A DNA stretch of 64,000 bases, from the IMG/VR virus record IMGVR_UViG_3300010232_000155. One strand, written 5' to 3'. Position numbers and translations under genes: made by a program. Origin of the DNA: a virus. Below, piece by piece: positions 9,974 through 20,261 of this stretch (positions are counted from its first letter, which is position 1; the number at the start of each line of letters is the position of its first letter). The notes below the pieces were generated by a model. The model worked only from the letters and a program-made list of their open reading frames with translations, did no database searches and had not been told where the DNA came from.

Positions 9974-10211
9974 TATTACCTCTATAGCTCAGTGTTAGTC
10001 CAATTATCTCATCAAGTTCGAGGAGTACCCCAATTAGTATTAGCAGTATTTGAACTCTGACTATATCAAATTGAAACGCGGGTATTAGTAAGTGGGCTAA
10101 TAGTGTCAGCACGGCTGCTAAACCTCCTAGTCCCCGAGCCATCTCGATCCAATCGACACCGACGTTCTCTACTTTCTGATCGGGCATTAACGGTCTACCT
10201 ACTGTGTTCAC
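9966..10211 (-). CDS. Small 2-TM membrane protein
   Basis: Two hydrophobic helices; true start may be the internal MPDQ. Confidence 0.65.
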   Translation of the reverse strand: MNTVGRPLMPDQKVENVGVDWIEMARGLGGLAAVLTLLAHLLIPAFQFDIVRVQILLILIGVLLELDEIIGLTLSYRGNND

Positions 10212-10333
10212 ACCTGGCCGAGATCTAATAGCGTCAGTTCTTCAGGTGGTTCCTCATCGAGAGCTGCATACCACCGTGAGAACTTCCGCGTTGAGTCTCT
10301 TGATCTGCCTATTCTATTGCTGGGTGGAATCAC
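10208..10333 (-). CDS. Possible 41-aa protein (GTG start)
   Basis: VIPPSNRIGRSRDSTRKFSRWYAALDEEPPEELTLLDLGQV; stop overlaps the next GTG. Confidence 0.35.
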   Translation of the reverse strand: MIPPSNRIGRSRDSTRKFSRWYAALDEEPPEELTLLDLGQV

Positions 10334-10670
10334 GTTACTTACTCAGTACTACTCACTAATATAAGTTGGGTTAGACGCATACCCATTACGACTAGTCGTT
10401 AGTAACCGTGGAGTAACAGTACAATCTGCTAGGAGGCCATGAGTACGAAGTATACTCTCCTAGCATGGGTTGTTTAGCATGCTCTGGGGGAGATAGCCGG
10501 GTCGAGTAGTTGGAACCGGGTTTCGGGGGTTCGTGAACCGTGGGTAGAGGGCTTCTACTCGGTTAATTCGGGGGGTGGGTAGTGTGAATTAATCCGGAAA
10601 GCGGCTGTTTTGGATTTTCCCTATGCGAGGGGTGGGGGTCGTGGTCGTTTTTTGCGGTTGGAAACCCATC

Positions 10671-11573
10671 TCACGTACTTAGCATTATTTTATCTATTTC
10701 GACTCTCGTAGTAATGTCTGAGATGTTTGTGATTACTTGTACAGCAAAGTCAGAGTGCGTGTTGCTCCAGTTCAGTCTGGTTTCGCCAGTCGTTAGTGTT
10801 GTTTGTTTTACTTCCTCACTATTAGTCTCTGGTGAACCGATCACGTATACTTGGCCAGTGTTGCCATTTAGTGAGCCTGTGATTTCTACGTTGGGGCGTA
10901 TTGCAGTGTCACTGGTTTTGGTTTCAGTGTAGAAAGTATTCCTCTGGGTTGTTTGGTAGAGGTATTGTATTTCGCTTGGAGTAAGAGTGCGATTGTAGAT
11001 TCGCACGTCTGCCATTTTTCCATCAACGTATTTACTTCCAGAATTGCCACCGTTTAAGTTGCCAATACTATTCTGTGTTGAAGTAGTATCTGGACTGTTA
11101 TTGGCTGTTGTGGCATTAGCGTCCTCGGCACCATCAATATATATTTTTAACGTAGAGCTGGATGGCTTCCATGTTCCAGTTAGGTAGTACCAATTTCCAG
11201 ATGACAGAGTAGTATTCGATGCAACTCTTTGATTATTGGTTCCATCATAAAACCCCCAGTTTACAGTATCATCAGACTTTTTTTGGAAACTCCAGTTGTA
11301 CTCTGCTTTTGGACCAAAGTAAGTCTCTTCATTACCAGCAGTATTATGTCTAATCCAACAGGTTATTGTTAATGGCTCTGAACCGTCAAAAATACCGAGC
11401 GTATTTGAAATCTGTATGTAATCATCTGTTCCGTCAAATGAGTAGGCAGTTGCTCCGAGTAGTCCAGTCTCACCTTGTGTTGCTCCTGAAACACTGCCGG
11501 TATAATTATTTCCTGAGTAGTCTTGTGCGTCACCGCTGTTCTCTTGTAGTGTGTAGTGTGCAAGTTTGCTCAT
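10671..11573 (-). CDS. LamG/concanavalin-A-like domain protein (putative spike/receptor-binding)
   Basis: AYSFDGTDDYI...W....G.MADVRIYNRTLTPSEIQYLY. Confidence 0.9.
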   Translation of the reverse strand: MSKLAHYTLQENSGDAQDYSGNNYTGSVSGATQGETGLLGATAYSFDGTDDYIQISNTLGIFDGSEPLTITCWIRHNTAGNEETYFGPKAEYNWSFQKKSDDTVNWGFYDGTNNQRVASNTTLSSGNWYYLTGTWKPSSSTLKIYIDGAEDANATTANNSPDTTSTQNSIGNLNGGNSGSKYVDGKMADVRIYNRTLTPSEIQYLYQTTQRNTFYTETKTSDTAIRPNVEITGSLNGNTGQVYVIGSPETNSEEVKQTTLTTGETRLNWSNTHSDFAVQVITNISDITTRVEIDKIMLST

Positions 11574-12883
11574 ACTTTCACCAGTTCTTTACGAAGGTCA
11601 CGACCACGAGTTCCCCACTGGTATAGATCCTGAATTTCAGCAGGTGAGAGAGCACGATCATAAATCCGAACATCATCTATTTCTCCACCGAAGTAATTCG
11701 CCCCGTCGCTACGTCTGCCAATATCCGGTCCTTCAGTAGCGGCAAAGTCAGTCACCGTACTAGTCTCGGAGGCAACTTCGCCCCCGTTTTGATAAAGTTC
11801 CAAGGTCGGGCCAGCAGAATCATAAACGCCAACGACGTGATCCCATACTCCATTCGTCACACGACCGTCTGTTATTTGGATTCTGTCATTGTTCAAGTCA
11901 CCGACTCTGAATTGGTAAGAATCAGTCCCATTATCGCGTAATTGAAGGATGATAGCAGAGCCATCATATCGACCGATAATCGTGTTCCCGTTACCAGCGT
12001 TTGACCAGTTTACCCATGTACAGATCGAAAATGATGTGTTCTTATCGAAGGCGAAGTTGGGAACATCAACATAGTCATCTGTTCCATCAAACGATTTTGC
12101 CTGACCATCGATTGCATTTTGCGTATATCCTGCTGAGGTGTTATCCGTACCATCGTTCGAGCCCCAGGAGTCCGTAACGTCCCCCTCAAACTTGTATCGG
12201 GAGATTGCGTTAGTATCCGTACCATCTGAGAGTGATGGTTCCGTGTAATCGTCAGTTCCTTGATCGTACAAGGCTTGAACTTCCTTTTGTGAGAGTACTC
12301 TGTTATAGACACGGGCATCAGCTATACTGCCATCAAACCAGTACGATGTGCCGTCAAAACTTCCAATACGGCTACTGACGTTATTCTGTGTAGTGCTGGT
12401 TATACTGTGAGATAGGAAATCTGCAAGACTCCCATCCTTATACAGCTCCATGCTAGAACCTGAGCTGAAAGTACCAACTAAGTGAGTCCACTCATTTGTT
12501 GAAACACTTGCTGTTGTTGCTCGGCTACTTCCTGCACCATCCTGCTCAACTGCGTAGGTAACTTCACCATTAGTAGCACTGTTATAAATTTCTACTTTTC
12601 CCTCTCCTTGAAAGTGAATATGTCTAATATAGTCAGTGGTCAAGTCCTTGGGGCGAATCCAGAGTGCAATTGTGAAATCTTCAGATCCACTAAATACTCC
12701 TATATTATCCGGTATGTCCACATAATCATCAGTTCCATCAAACGAATAAGCGGTCAAACCAGACCGTCCTGCAACTCCTTGAACTGCACCATTAACAGTA
12801 CCATCATTACCCTCACCAGAGAGGTCATTCGCTTCTCCACTATCCTCATGTAACGGCCACCAACCGACAAGATCATTACTCAT
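11570..12883 (-). CDS. Tandem LamG-domain protein (2 domains)
   Basis: Two FDGTDDYV...D.RIY.RALS..E repeats. Confidence 0.9.
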   Translation of the reverse strand: MSNDLVGWWPLHEDSGEANDLSGEGNDGTVNGAVQGVAGRSGLTAYSFDGTDDYVDIPDNIGVFSGSEDFTIALWIRPKDLTTDYIRHIHFQGEGKVEIYNSATNGEVTYAVEQDGAGSSRATTASVSTNEWTHLVGTFSSGSSMELYKDGSLADFLSHSITSTTQNNVSSRIGSFDGTSYWFDGSIADARVYNRVLSQKEVQALYDQGTDDYTEPSLSDGTDTNAISRYKFEGDVTDSWGSNDGTDNTSAGYTQNAIDGQAKSFDGTDDYVDVPNFAFDKNTSFSICTWVNWSNAGNGNTIIGRYDGSAIILQLRDNGTDSYQFRVGDLNNDRIQITDGRVTNGVWDHVVGVYDSAGPTLELYQNGGEVASETSTVTDFAATEGPDIGRRSDGANYFGGEIDDVRIYDRALSPAEIQDLYQWGTRGRDLRKELVKV

Positions 12884-14367
12884 ACGAGTTCACCCCTATT
12901 GATCCGATACGCCCCACGATTATACAATTCCTCAACTTCTCTCTGACTGAGAGCAGCAGAATAGATACGTAAGTCGTCTGCATCACCATTAAATTCCGAA
13001 CCACCACTTGCTCCATCGCTCCCAATATGCCAATCACTATCATTCGATGGTGGAGTCTGCCCAGGTTGATTTGTTCCTACTAATCGTCCATTCTTGTATA
13101 ATCGTTGAGTCGTACCATCCCACGTGTAAACTCCGTGTATCCATACTCCAGTACTCGCTGCTTCTGAGTCTGATACACTATAAGAGGTATCTGATAGTGC
13201 AAATTCCGTATAAAGCTGGTCAGAACCATTCACACCAAACGCTACTGTTCTATCAGATTGATCATAATCGGACAAGAGGATCTGGAAGCCAGTTCCAGAA
13301 TAATTAAACCACGCGCTTATTGTTACCGTACTCACGTCAATATCCGCAGTTGGTATCTGATCATCAGTCCCGTCAAATGACTTGGCCTGACCATACACGC
13401 CAGTTGTAAATCCAGCACTCGTATTATCAGTGCCATTATTAGAGCCCCACGAGTCGGTAACGTCATTCTCGAACTCATAGCGGGAGACACCATTATCAGA
13501 TTGAGATGGAATATCGGACTCTGTTACTTCCCTCCCCGATGGTTCACTCCTGGTAGCAATTGTTTCTATCTCTGGTTGTGATAAGGCTCGTCCGTAAATC
13601 CGTATATCGTCAAGTAAACCATTCATATAGAGGTTATCATTTCGAGCACCTAACTGTGCTGAACCGCTAAATGTGTGCGCCCCAGCATTATTATCTGCCT
13701 GAATTGTCGTTGACACACTGCTACCATCTACATATATATCGAGGTTTGAAGCACCAGCTCCACGTCGTATAAAGGCTATATGATGCCATGCTCCATCAGT
13801 ATATGTGTTATCTGTCTCTATATAATCGGCTCCGCTCCCATCGTTATGAAAGAATCTCGCTCCACCACCAGATGTATCTACAGTGTAATATACTTCAGAC
13901 CCAGTATTTCCATAATCTCCAAATAATCCCTGATCGGCATCGGTGCTGGACTCGAACCATCCGCATACCGTATACAGGTCGAAAGTAATCGTCGGAATAG
14001 ACGTTATATCTACCTTATCATCAGTTCCGTCAAATGAGAGAGCGTTGGATCCAACCTGGCCTGACCCATTCCACGTCGCACCGTTAATCTGCCCGAGATT
14101 ATCCAACGCACCATCACGAGCAACACGACCAGCACCCTCATCGAGAGGGTAATACGCAACGAGTCCTTCTGTTACACTACCAACCTCATAGCCATCAGCA
14201 ACAGTCCCAGTACCAGCGTGATCAGCCAGCGTATCATGAGTAACACCGGAATCCTCCACGTTATTATTAAAATCACTCTCAGAAGTGTACTCAAGAATAA
14301 TACTGGCTATTTCCGACAGGTTCTGCAGACCACTCTTATCAACAACCCCTGATTGATTAAGAGGCAT
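12880..14367 (-). CDS. Tandem LamG-domain protein (2 domains)
   Basis: Two FDGTDD...DDIRIY.RALS repeats. Confidence 0.9.
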   Translation of the reverse strand: MPLNQSGVVDKSGLQNLSEIASIILEYTSESDFNNNVEDSGVTHDTLADHAGTGTVADGYEVGSVTEGLVAYYPLDEGAGRVARDGALDNLGQINGATWNGSGQVGSNALSFDGTDDKVDITSIPTITFDLYTVCGWFESSTDADQGLFGDYGNTGSEVYYTVDTSGGGARFFHNDGSGADYIETDNTYTDGAWHHIAFIRRGAGASNLDIYVDGSSVSTTIQADNNAGAHTFSGSAQLGARNDNLYMNGLLDDIRIYGRALSQPEIETIATRSEPSGREVTESDIPSQSDNGVSRYEFENDVTDSWGSNNGTDNTSAGFTTGVYGQAKSFDGTDDQIPTADIDVSTVTISAWFNYSGTGFQILLSDYDQSDRTVAFGVNGSDQLYTEFALSDTSYSVSDSEAASTGVWIHGVYTWDGTTQRLYKNGRLVGTNQPGQTPPSNDSDWHIGSDGASGGSEFNGDADDLRIYSAALSQREVEELYNRGAYRINRGELV

Positions 14368-14693
14368 TAATCATTGACCTCCATACCAGTAGCGAAAAAA
14401 TCCTGCTGAGACGACGTAGTATTATTAATCAGAATACGATGGTTTTCTGACGACGATATAGTTAACTGGTTCTGCTGTGAGTGCCACTCGTTAGTAACCT
14501 GATCAATTAATATTGAAACTTCAAACGTACCATCACCATCGACATCTGTCTCCCTATAAATGTCTGCATCCCCAGTTCCACCAAACTCGTGAATTTCAGC
14601 AGCTCCAGTTGCCGAACTACTTCCATCTATGATAAAATCTGCTCCTGCTGCAATATCAACCCCAGTCTCGTGGTACGTATCATTAACAGCCAT
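14367..14693 (-). CDS. Small beta-rich putative structural protein
   Basis: 108 aa, beta-strand pattern, coupled to the LamG gene. Confidence 0.6.
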   Translation of the reverse strand: MAVNDTYHETGVDIAAGADFIIDGSSSATGAAEIHEFGGTGDADIYRETDVDGDGTFEVSILIDQVTNEWHSQQNQLTISSSENHRILINNTTSSQQDFFATGMEVND

Positions 14694-14752
14694 CTACTCG
14701 TAATCCTCTCTATGTTCAACCCATACTCCGGGAGGGGTTAAATAAATTCCGG

Positions 14753-15232
14753 TCATTGCTGGTTGCCGAAAGCACGACGAGCAAGCATCTGAGATGCACT
14801 ATCGCCCTCACCCGATTCCTCTTCAATATACTCTGGAGTAAGATCCTGCTGCATACGAGCTAAGTGCTGTGCAACTTGAGTTACGGGAACAACTGGAGTT
14901 GGTGTTGTCGTAAACGTGAAAAACGATCCCTCGTCTCTTACTGGTACTTCGACTACACCAACACTCTTGAACTCATACTCTGTTTCTGGAGATAATCCAG
15001 TAACACGCGTTTCGACACTCTCCGTGGTCGAAACGGTCGTCGTACTAGTATTACTCAACGAGTCACTACCCGTTTCTCGATACTCAAAATTAAAATCAGC
15101 ATCTCCACTCCTCGAAGTTAACTCGGTTACAGATCCTTGTAGATCTGCCTCCGTATCAAAGATATTACCCACTCCATCAGTACTAACTGAAATCCGTTGA
15201 AACGCTGGGAATTGAAACGAGGGAAACGGCAT
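14753..15232 (-). CDS. Fibronectin type III-like domain protein
   Basis: RVTGLSPETEYEFKSVG FN3 signature. Confidence 0.7.
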   Translation of the reverse strand: MPFPSFQFPAFQRISVSTDGVGNIFDTEADLQGSVTELTSRSGDADFNFEYRETGSDSLSNTSTTTVSTTESVETRVTGLSPETEYEFKSVGVVEVPVRDEGSFFTFTTTPTPVVPVTQVAQHLARMQQDLTPEYIEEESGEGDSASQMLARRAFGNQQ

Positions 15233-15335
15233 TACTCACTATCATCCTCTTCTTCTTCAGAAACTACTACCTCGCCACCATCTGTTGTAATCACCGTAAA
15301 CTGGACTGAAGCCATACTGTTAATACTATCAATCG

Positions 15336-15779
15336 TCATTGTTGAACGTCTGTTACCTCTCCAATGATACCCACGTTCACATTCTGCGAAGCTCCAGTAC
15401 CATTATTGAAATTGCCATTATCAACCACTACGGCAATACTCTCATCATTTGACCCCGTATTCTCATAATCAGTAATCGGATTCCCAACCTCGTCATCATA
15501 AATAGCCGATCCATCTCCAGTTAGTATATCCTTGATCTTTTCACCGCCTCCAGTATTATCTAACCTGATGATAATAAGATCGAGATTATTCGGTACGGCA
15601 GCTCCACCACCATCGAGTAATGCAGCTCGTTCTATGACGAGTTTCTCATTACTCTTGACTTCAGTCATATACACGACACCTGATTCTCCTGCTTGTACTG
15701 TGCCTCCGATATTAGAAACTATACTAGCATCTGTTACTCCCGAACCTGCACCACCGCCTCCTGATACTCCAATGGACAT
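15336..15779 (-). CDS. Putative structural protein, paralogue of the N-terminus of 15819..17168
   Basis: Shared GGGG N-terminus and LDLII..LDNTGGG....I.TGDGS. Confidence 0.7.
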   Translation of the reverse strand: MSIGVSGGGGAGSGVTDASIVSNIGGTVQAGESGVVYMTEVKSNEKLVIERAALLDGGGAAVPNNLDLIIIRLDNTGGGEKIKDILTGDGSAIYDDEVGNPITDYENTGSNDESIAVVVDNGNFNNGTGASQNVNVGIIGEVTDVQQ

Positions 15780-15818
15780 GTACTCAATTAATACTCCCCA
15801 TACACTTAACTATGGTGG

Positions 15819-17168
15819 TTATGAGGATTGTTTTTTTGCATAGTCAAATTTGACCTTGCTATCAGATGAATTATTGTTATTGCCATATCCGATCCCACCG
15901 CTAGTGTGGTCAGTATTAGTTGTTGAGAGTGTTCCGAGTGAATTACCACTAGCATCGATAGCTTCTGCTGTGATTGTACTGCTATCTGTTTGTATATCCC
16001 ATTTAACCCACTCGTTAGTTGGTGTTGGTGTGTCCTCAACAGTATCGAGTATGTTTGGTGATGAATTTAGATCACCCTCATGTTCTCGAAGTTCTAGACC
16101 AGGAACACTCTGATCAGTAGCTACATCTGCATATTCTAGTATGACTACGTATCCAGTTTGAGCTGAGACATCTACGAAGAATTTGAAATTGGCCCTAGTA
16201 TCATTGCCTTGCGGATTTACATAGGCGTCAACATCATCACCGCGACTTATTGGAAGCTGTGGACGATCTTCAGTAGCAGCCCATGCGGAGTCACTACCAT
16301 TATCATATACTAAGTACTTATCTCCATCTTTTGCTCCATTTGCTTGAACTGAAAATGCAGTTTGATCGTCAAACGTATAATCTGATAACGGGTCAGTACG
16401 CTCGAAGTTTTCAATAACTGGATCTCCAGTAGTAAACGTCTTTACATCCCCTCTCGTAATACTGAGATCACCACCATACGTCGTTACTGCCCTCCACTTG
16501 TACTCTGTGTTAGCATCTAAACCACTGATAGTCTTAGTATATGATTGTGCTTGTTCAACCAGGTCTTGATCATCATTAGTTACATAGAGATTATCTCCCT
16601 TCGGTTTATACTCGACAATTTCTCTCGCTCGACTATAACCACCGAGGTCAGTAATTTCTCCTGTTAAGTCTGCACTAACACTAACAACGTTTGAATCAAG
16701 AGTAATTACCGTGGGAGTTTCAAAATCTGACCCACGACCAGATTGTCCGACCATACCACCTGCTGCCACTGTCGCTGATCCCTCTCCTGTCCCACTACCA
16801 AAATGTCCATTATCTATGAGTACTCCAACAGTTTGAGGACCACCACTAGTATTAGTATACTCTCCAAGTCCAGTCGTCTCGTCAATCTTGAGACTGCCAT
16901 CACCAGTGATAATCTCTACTTGCTTGGTTCCTCCACCAGTATTATCTAGAGTGGCAATAATCAGGTCAAGCCCTGATGGAGCTGGACTGCCATCAGCAGA
17001 TACTAGATATGCTTGTTGAATATCGAGTGATTCATTCTCTTTGAGCAGATCCACGTAGATAATTCCAGCATCACCTGATGATATTGTTCCAGTTGCATTA
17101 CCAACTACAGTTGCAGTATCTAATTCTGCTCCTCCACCACCACCACCGCCGAGAACATTGATTGGCAT
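15819..17168 (-). CDS. Multidomain structural protein (N-terminal paralogous domain + FN3 + beta-sandwich)
   Basis: ISGLDANTEYKWRAV FN3 motif; beta-rich C-terminal domain. Confidence 0.7.
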   Translation of the reverse strand: MPINVLGGGGGGGAELDTATVVGNATGTISSGDAGIIYVDLLKENESLDIQQAYLVSADGSPAPSGLDLIIATLDNTGGGTKQVEIITGDGSLKIDETTGLGEYTNTSGGPQTVGVLIDNGHFGSGTGEGSATVAAGGMVGQSGRGSDFETPTVITLDSNVVSVSADLTGEITDLGGYSRAREIVEYKPKGDNLYVTNDDQDLVEQAQSYTKTISGLDANTEYKWRAVTTYGGDLSITRGDVKTFTTGDPVIENFERTDPLSDYTFDDQTAFSVQANGAKDGDKYLVYDNGSDSAWAATEDRPQLPISRGDDVDAYVNPQGNDTRANFKFFVDVSAQTGYVVILEYADVATDQSVPGLELREHEGDLNSSPNILDTVEDTPTPTNEWVKWDIQTDSSTITAEAIDASGNSLGTLSTTNTDHTSGGIGYGNNNNSSDSKVKFDYAKKQSS

Positions 17169-17211
17169 ATCCTCTGGTACTAGCGCAGTACACTTATATG
17201 TTGGGTTGATC

Positions 17212-18153
17212 TCAATACAGTATTTCAGTAGCCAAGGGTATCACTACGCACAGCACCATACCAACGTAGTAATACGACCAAGCGGGATGGTTTCCAGTTC
17301 GTTCTGATATACTCTCAGGATACTGGTGCATATAGAAACACATTATGAGAGCTGGTACTGCAATTGCATTCATCGTCCACAAATACTCTGGTAATATACC
17401 AGCATCAATCGCTATAATTATTACTCCAACCATCAAGAACGTGCATACTAGTGCAATATAGGCAACTGCCTCTGTACCAAATACGACAGCAAAGGTTTTA
17501 ATCCCATACTCCTCATCCGTTTCACGATCAATAATATCTGCGGAATTTTGAAATCCCAAAACATATAGAGAGAGAAACAGACCAAGTACCCACGGTGTCA
17601 ATTGGAACGGGTCATCATACACTGCCCAGATCGTGGGGAACAAGAGCAGTCCACGACTAGCAGCTTGCCAGGGTATTGAAATAATCCGTTCCTTCGCACG
17701 TATTGGATCGAGATTATAGAACACTCCAAAGAATATGAGTACGGATACGAAGATACCGAACATCGTGCCCGTAATATACGCACGTCCTACCGCCATGAGC
17801 ATTAAGATCCAAGCTATACTACGAGCTTCTTCCTCCGTCATAACACCAGCTGGGATTGGTCTATCTTGCTTGTGAGGCGTATTCTTGTCTATCTCTGCGT
17901 CCTCTGCCATGTTCAAGCTCTGCGAACCGGCATGAGCAAAGGCAATTGTGACTGAAACAAAGATAATAGTATCTATCTCTTGCATGATCATAGCAGATTG
18001 GTTTTCATAGTAGAAGTAGAACACAAGCCCCACCATGTACGCCCCGGCAACCCCGACCGTACTGAGAGGTTTCGAGGCGTCCAGATATGCTCTCGTCTTA
18101 ACAGGGAGTATCGTTACTTTATCGTAACTTTCACCGAGTCCCCACTTGACCAT
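17212..18153 (-). CDS. UbiA-family prenyltransferase (copy 3; DGGGP-synthase/chlorophyll-synthase-like motifs)
   Basis: SLNMAEDAEID...DRPIPAG and NSADIIDRETDEEYGIKTFAVVFG; multi-pass membrane; own TATA (TTTTATA) upstream. Confidence 0.9.
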   Translation of the reverse strand: MVKWGLGESYDKVTILPVKTRAYLDASKPLSTVGVAGAYMVGLVFYFYYENQSAMIMQEIDTIIFVSVTIAFAHAGSQSLNMAEDAEIDKNTPHKQDRPIPAGVMTEEEARSIAWILMLMAVGRAYITGTMFGIFVSVLIFFGVFYNLDPIRAKERIISIPWQAASRGLLLFPTIWAVYDDPFQLTPWVLGLFLSLYVLGFQNSADIIDRETDEEYGIKTFAVVFGTEAVAYIALVCTFLMVGVIIIAIDAGILPEYLWTMNAIAVPALIMCFYMHQYPESISERTGNHPAWSYYYVGMVLCVVIPLATEILY

Positions 18154-18202
18154 ATGGAGAGTGCTAAGACCGGGTAGTATAAAACCCTTGTGGGACTCCT
18201 AA

Positions 18203-18457
18203 CTAATATAGATCCTCAGCATCATTATTGTGTGCTATTGTAACGAGATACCGTTTCCTAAACCCGAGATCCCTATCTACAGTAAGATTAATTACTTCTT
18301 GATCCCTCAAGGGAATAAGCGGGTGTACCTCAGTCCTGGCTGCCCTCCTAGCATTGAACTCTGAGAAGGGTTTGAATCCAGTTGCCAGTACGGAGAAAAT
18401 ATCCTCTTCGCTTTGACCAACATCACGACGGTCTACAATTTTAGCATTGAGTGTCAT
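18203..18457 (-). CDS. Small alpha/beta protein (possible member of the paralogue family)
   Basis: beta-helix(ARRAAR)-beta-beta pattern. Confidence 0.6.
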   Translation of the reverse strand: MTLNAKIVDRRDVGQSEEDIFSVLATGFKPFSEFNARRAARTEVHPLIPLRDQEVINLTVDRDLGFRKRYLVTIAHNNDAEDLY

Positions 18458-18840
18458 TGCATTAACTCCCTATCAGTGACTTCCACGGTTACTTGCCACG
18501 TCGTAACTGTCGACCTCTCTGTTACCTTGGCAGTTCCAGTTACCTCGGTTTCTCTAATGAAGAAATCAGCACTCGATGGAGCAGCACGTAATCGTGCAAC
18601 TGCCTCTGCTATATCCCGACTATACGCATCGATCCGAAACGTGTGTGTTCCATTTCTGTTCTCGTGAGATTGTACCCTATATCCTGGATCAAGTTCATCT
18701 CCAGGGACGAGACCTCTTACTAGTGAGACTGCTGCTACTCCAGTAAAGCCAACAAGATCACCATCGCCAGCAATTCCTAATGGTCCATTGGGAATACTAC
18801 TCGTGACTTCTTCAAATGCTGATCGTATTGGTCTAGCCAT
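18454..18840 (-). CDS. Small alpha/beta paralogue-family protein
   Basis: Clear paralogue of 21088..21594 (GDLVG, PGY.V, T..I.A.S.D.AE.VA, PS..DF). Confidence 0.75.
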   Translation of the reverse strand: MARPIRSAFEEVTSSIPNGPLGIAGDGDLVGFTGVAAVSLVRGLVPGDELDPGYRVQSHENRNGTHTFRIDAYSRDIAEAVARLRAAPSSADFFIRETEVTGTAKVTERSTVTTWQVTVEVTDRELMQ

Positions 18841-19240
18841 TATCGATCACTTCATACGGGACTGTCCAAATGTTCATATACGTTCCACGTCTAAACTCGT
18901 CAAACTTCAAACGCTCTTGGAGTCTCTCCGTTAGTATTTCTCCAAACTTGGAAGCGTGTTCAATCTCCTTATACTGGAATGTTATCTCCCCAGCATCTTC
19001 AAACTTTTCCTCGGGTTCGACAGTGGTAAATGGTCCTTCTCTCCAGACCATGTCTATACCCAGCTCGTCAAATGCTGCAACTGCGAGTGTTCTCTGACCA
19101 AGACCATGACCAACGACAGCCCTGTTTGCTACCCTGTTGAGTGATGCCCTATTAGATATTGCGAATCTCGTAACTGCGTATATTCTAAGTACTTGCTCAT
19201 CGTCGTCGTACTGGTATGATACGTCTGTTAGTATTCCCAT
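18833..19240 (-). CDS. Hypothetical protein (possible distant family member)
   Basis: 135-aa coupled ORF. Confidence 0.65.
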   Translation of the reverse strand: MGILTDVSYQYDDDEQVLRIYAVTRFAISNRASLNRVANRAVVGHGLGQRTLAVAAFDELGIDMVWREGPFTTVEPEEKFEDAGEITFQYKEIEHASKFGEILTERLQERLKFDEFRRGTYMNIWTVPYEVIDNG

Positions 19241-19626
19241 TATGATTCCTCTCTATATGCTGTGTATGATGTGGACCAAACACCTGCTCTCTCGATTTCT
19301 ATTGCACCACCATGAACAGATGGCGCGAATGTTATTCTAAACTCACCAGTACCGATGAATCTTTCAAACATTCTCCTCCCAATCTCAGGTCTATCTACAT
19401 CCATGACATTGACGAGACGTTCCATCTGATTTTCCATATGTATCTTTACCCAGTCTACATACTCTTGATCTGGTGTATCTATCTTTTCAATATGATCTAA
19501 TGGAATAGAAATAATATTATTATGTTCTTCGCCAACTCTGAGACTCTTATTTTCTATTCTTGGATTAAGATAATCCATTTCTTCTAAGTGCTGTACTGCT
19601 TCCTGTGCGCGTTCTCTATCAACCAT
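19240..19626 (-). CDS. Hypothetical protein
   Basis: 128-aa coupled ORF. Confidence 0.65.
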   Translation of the reverse strand: MVDRERAQEAVQHLEEMDYLNPRIENKSLRVGEEHNNIISIPLDHIEKIDTPDQEYVDWVKIHMENQMERLVNVMDVDRPEIGRRMFERFIGTGEFRITFAPSVHGGAIEIERAGVWSTSYTAYREES

Positions 19627-19913
19627 TATGATTCGACCTCTATTGTGAACACCATTTCTTCAGCGAACATCCTCGCAAACTCCCCAGATGACTCATCACT
19701 GATTACGTTTACTCTCTTTCTTGCCAGTGGCAAGTGTTTACGACTTGCCTCTGAGACTATTCCTGCTTCTGCTAGTCCTCGTAATTGTGCTCTGAACTTG
19801 GCTACGTTAGCACCTCCTGGGATCTTATCTCCACCAGATGTTACGGTAACTTTCATCCTCCAATTACCATTACTTAGTCTGGTTTTATCCGATACTCTAG
19901 TTATCAGGGTCAT
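19626..19913 (-). CDS. Small alpha/beta protein (paralogue-family candidate)
   Basis: beta-beta-Ala-rich helix-beta-beta pattern. Confidence 0.6.
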   Translation of the reverse strand: MTLITRVSDKTRLSNGNWRMKVTVTSGGDKIPGGANVAKFRAQLRGLAEAGIVSEASRKHLPLARKRVNVISDESSGEFARMFAEEMVFTIEVES

Positions 19914-19971
19914 TATTCAGCCTGTATGCTGTACCTCATATCATCACTTGCTATTGATCCGTTCGACATTA

Positions 19972-20259
19972 TTATTCTTGCTCCTCTTGTCTGAACTCAG
20001 TTAGCTCACCTTCTTGTACTCCAAATACTCTAAATGCAGATGGAAAACCTCGAAGAACTACAATCATCGGACCAACATAAGGAGGTGTAATTGAAACAAA
20101 TTCATCCTTTACTGCTACTTTATTTTGTTCTTCAAAGTACTCTCTCAGACCGGGGTCGTCAAACCACTCATCTATCATCTCCATTTCTTCATCAGTAGGA
20201 GCCCTCCATCCTTCAGGCTCTGCAAAAGGACGTGGACCTCCTAGTGGTCCTTCTACCAT
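19972..20259 (-). CDS. Hypothetical protein with N-terminal GPLG motif
   Basis: MVEGPLGGP; 95 aa. Confidence 0.65.
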   Translation of the reverse strand: MVEGPLGGPRPFAEPEGWRAPTDEEMEMIDEWFDDPGLREYFEEQNKVAVKDEFVSITPPYVGPMIVVLRGFPSAFRVFGVQEGELTEFRQEEQE

Positions 20260-20261
20260 TG

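Noticed and set aside
10671-14367. Diversity-generating retroelement acting on the LamG genes
   Set aside because: No reverse transcriptase and no near-identical template/variable repeat pair differing at adenines
18454-18840. GPLGIAG as a collagenase/MMP substrate mimic
   Set aside because: Identity to the synthetic MMP substrate is biologically implausible here; only the internal recurrence of GPLG is reported
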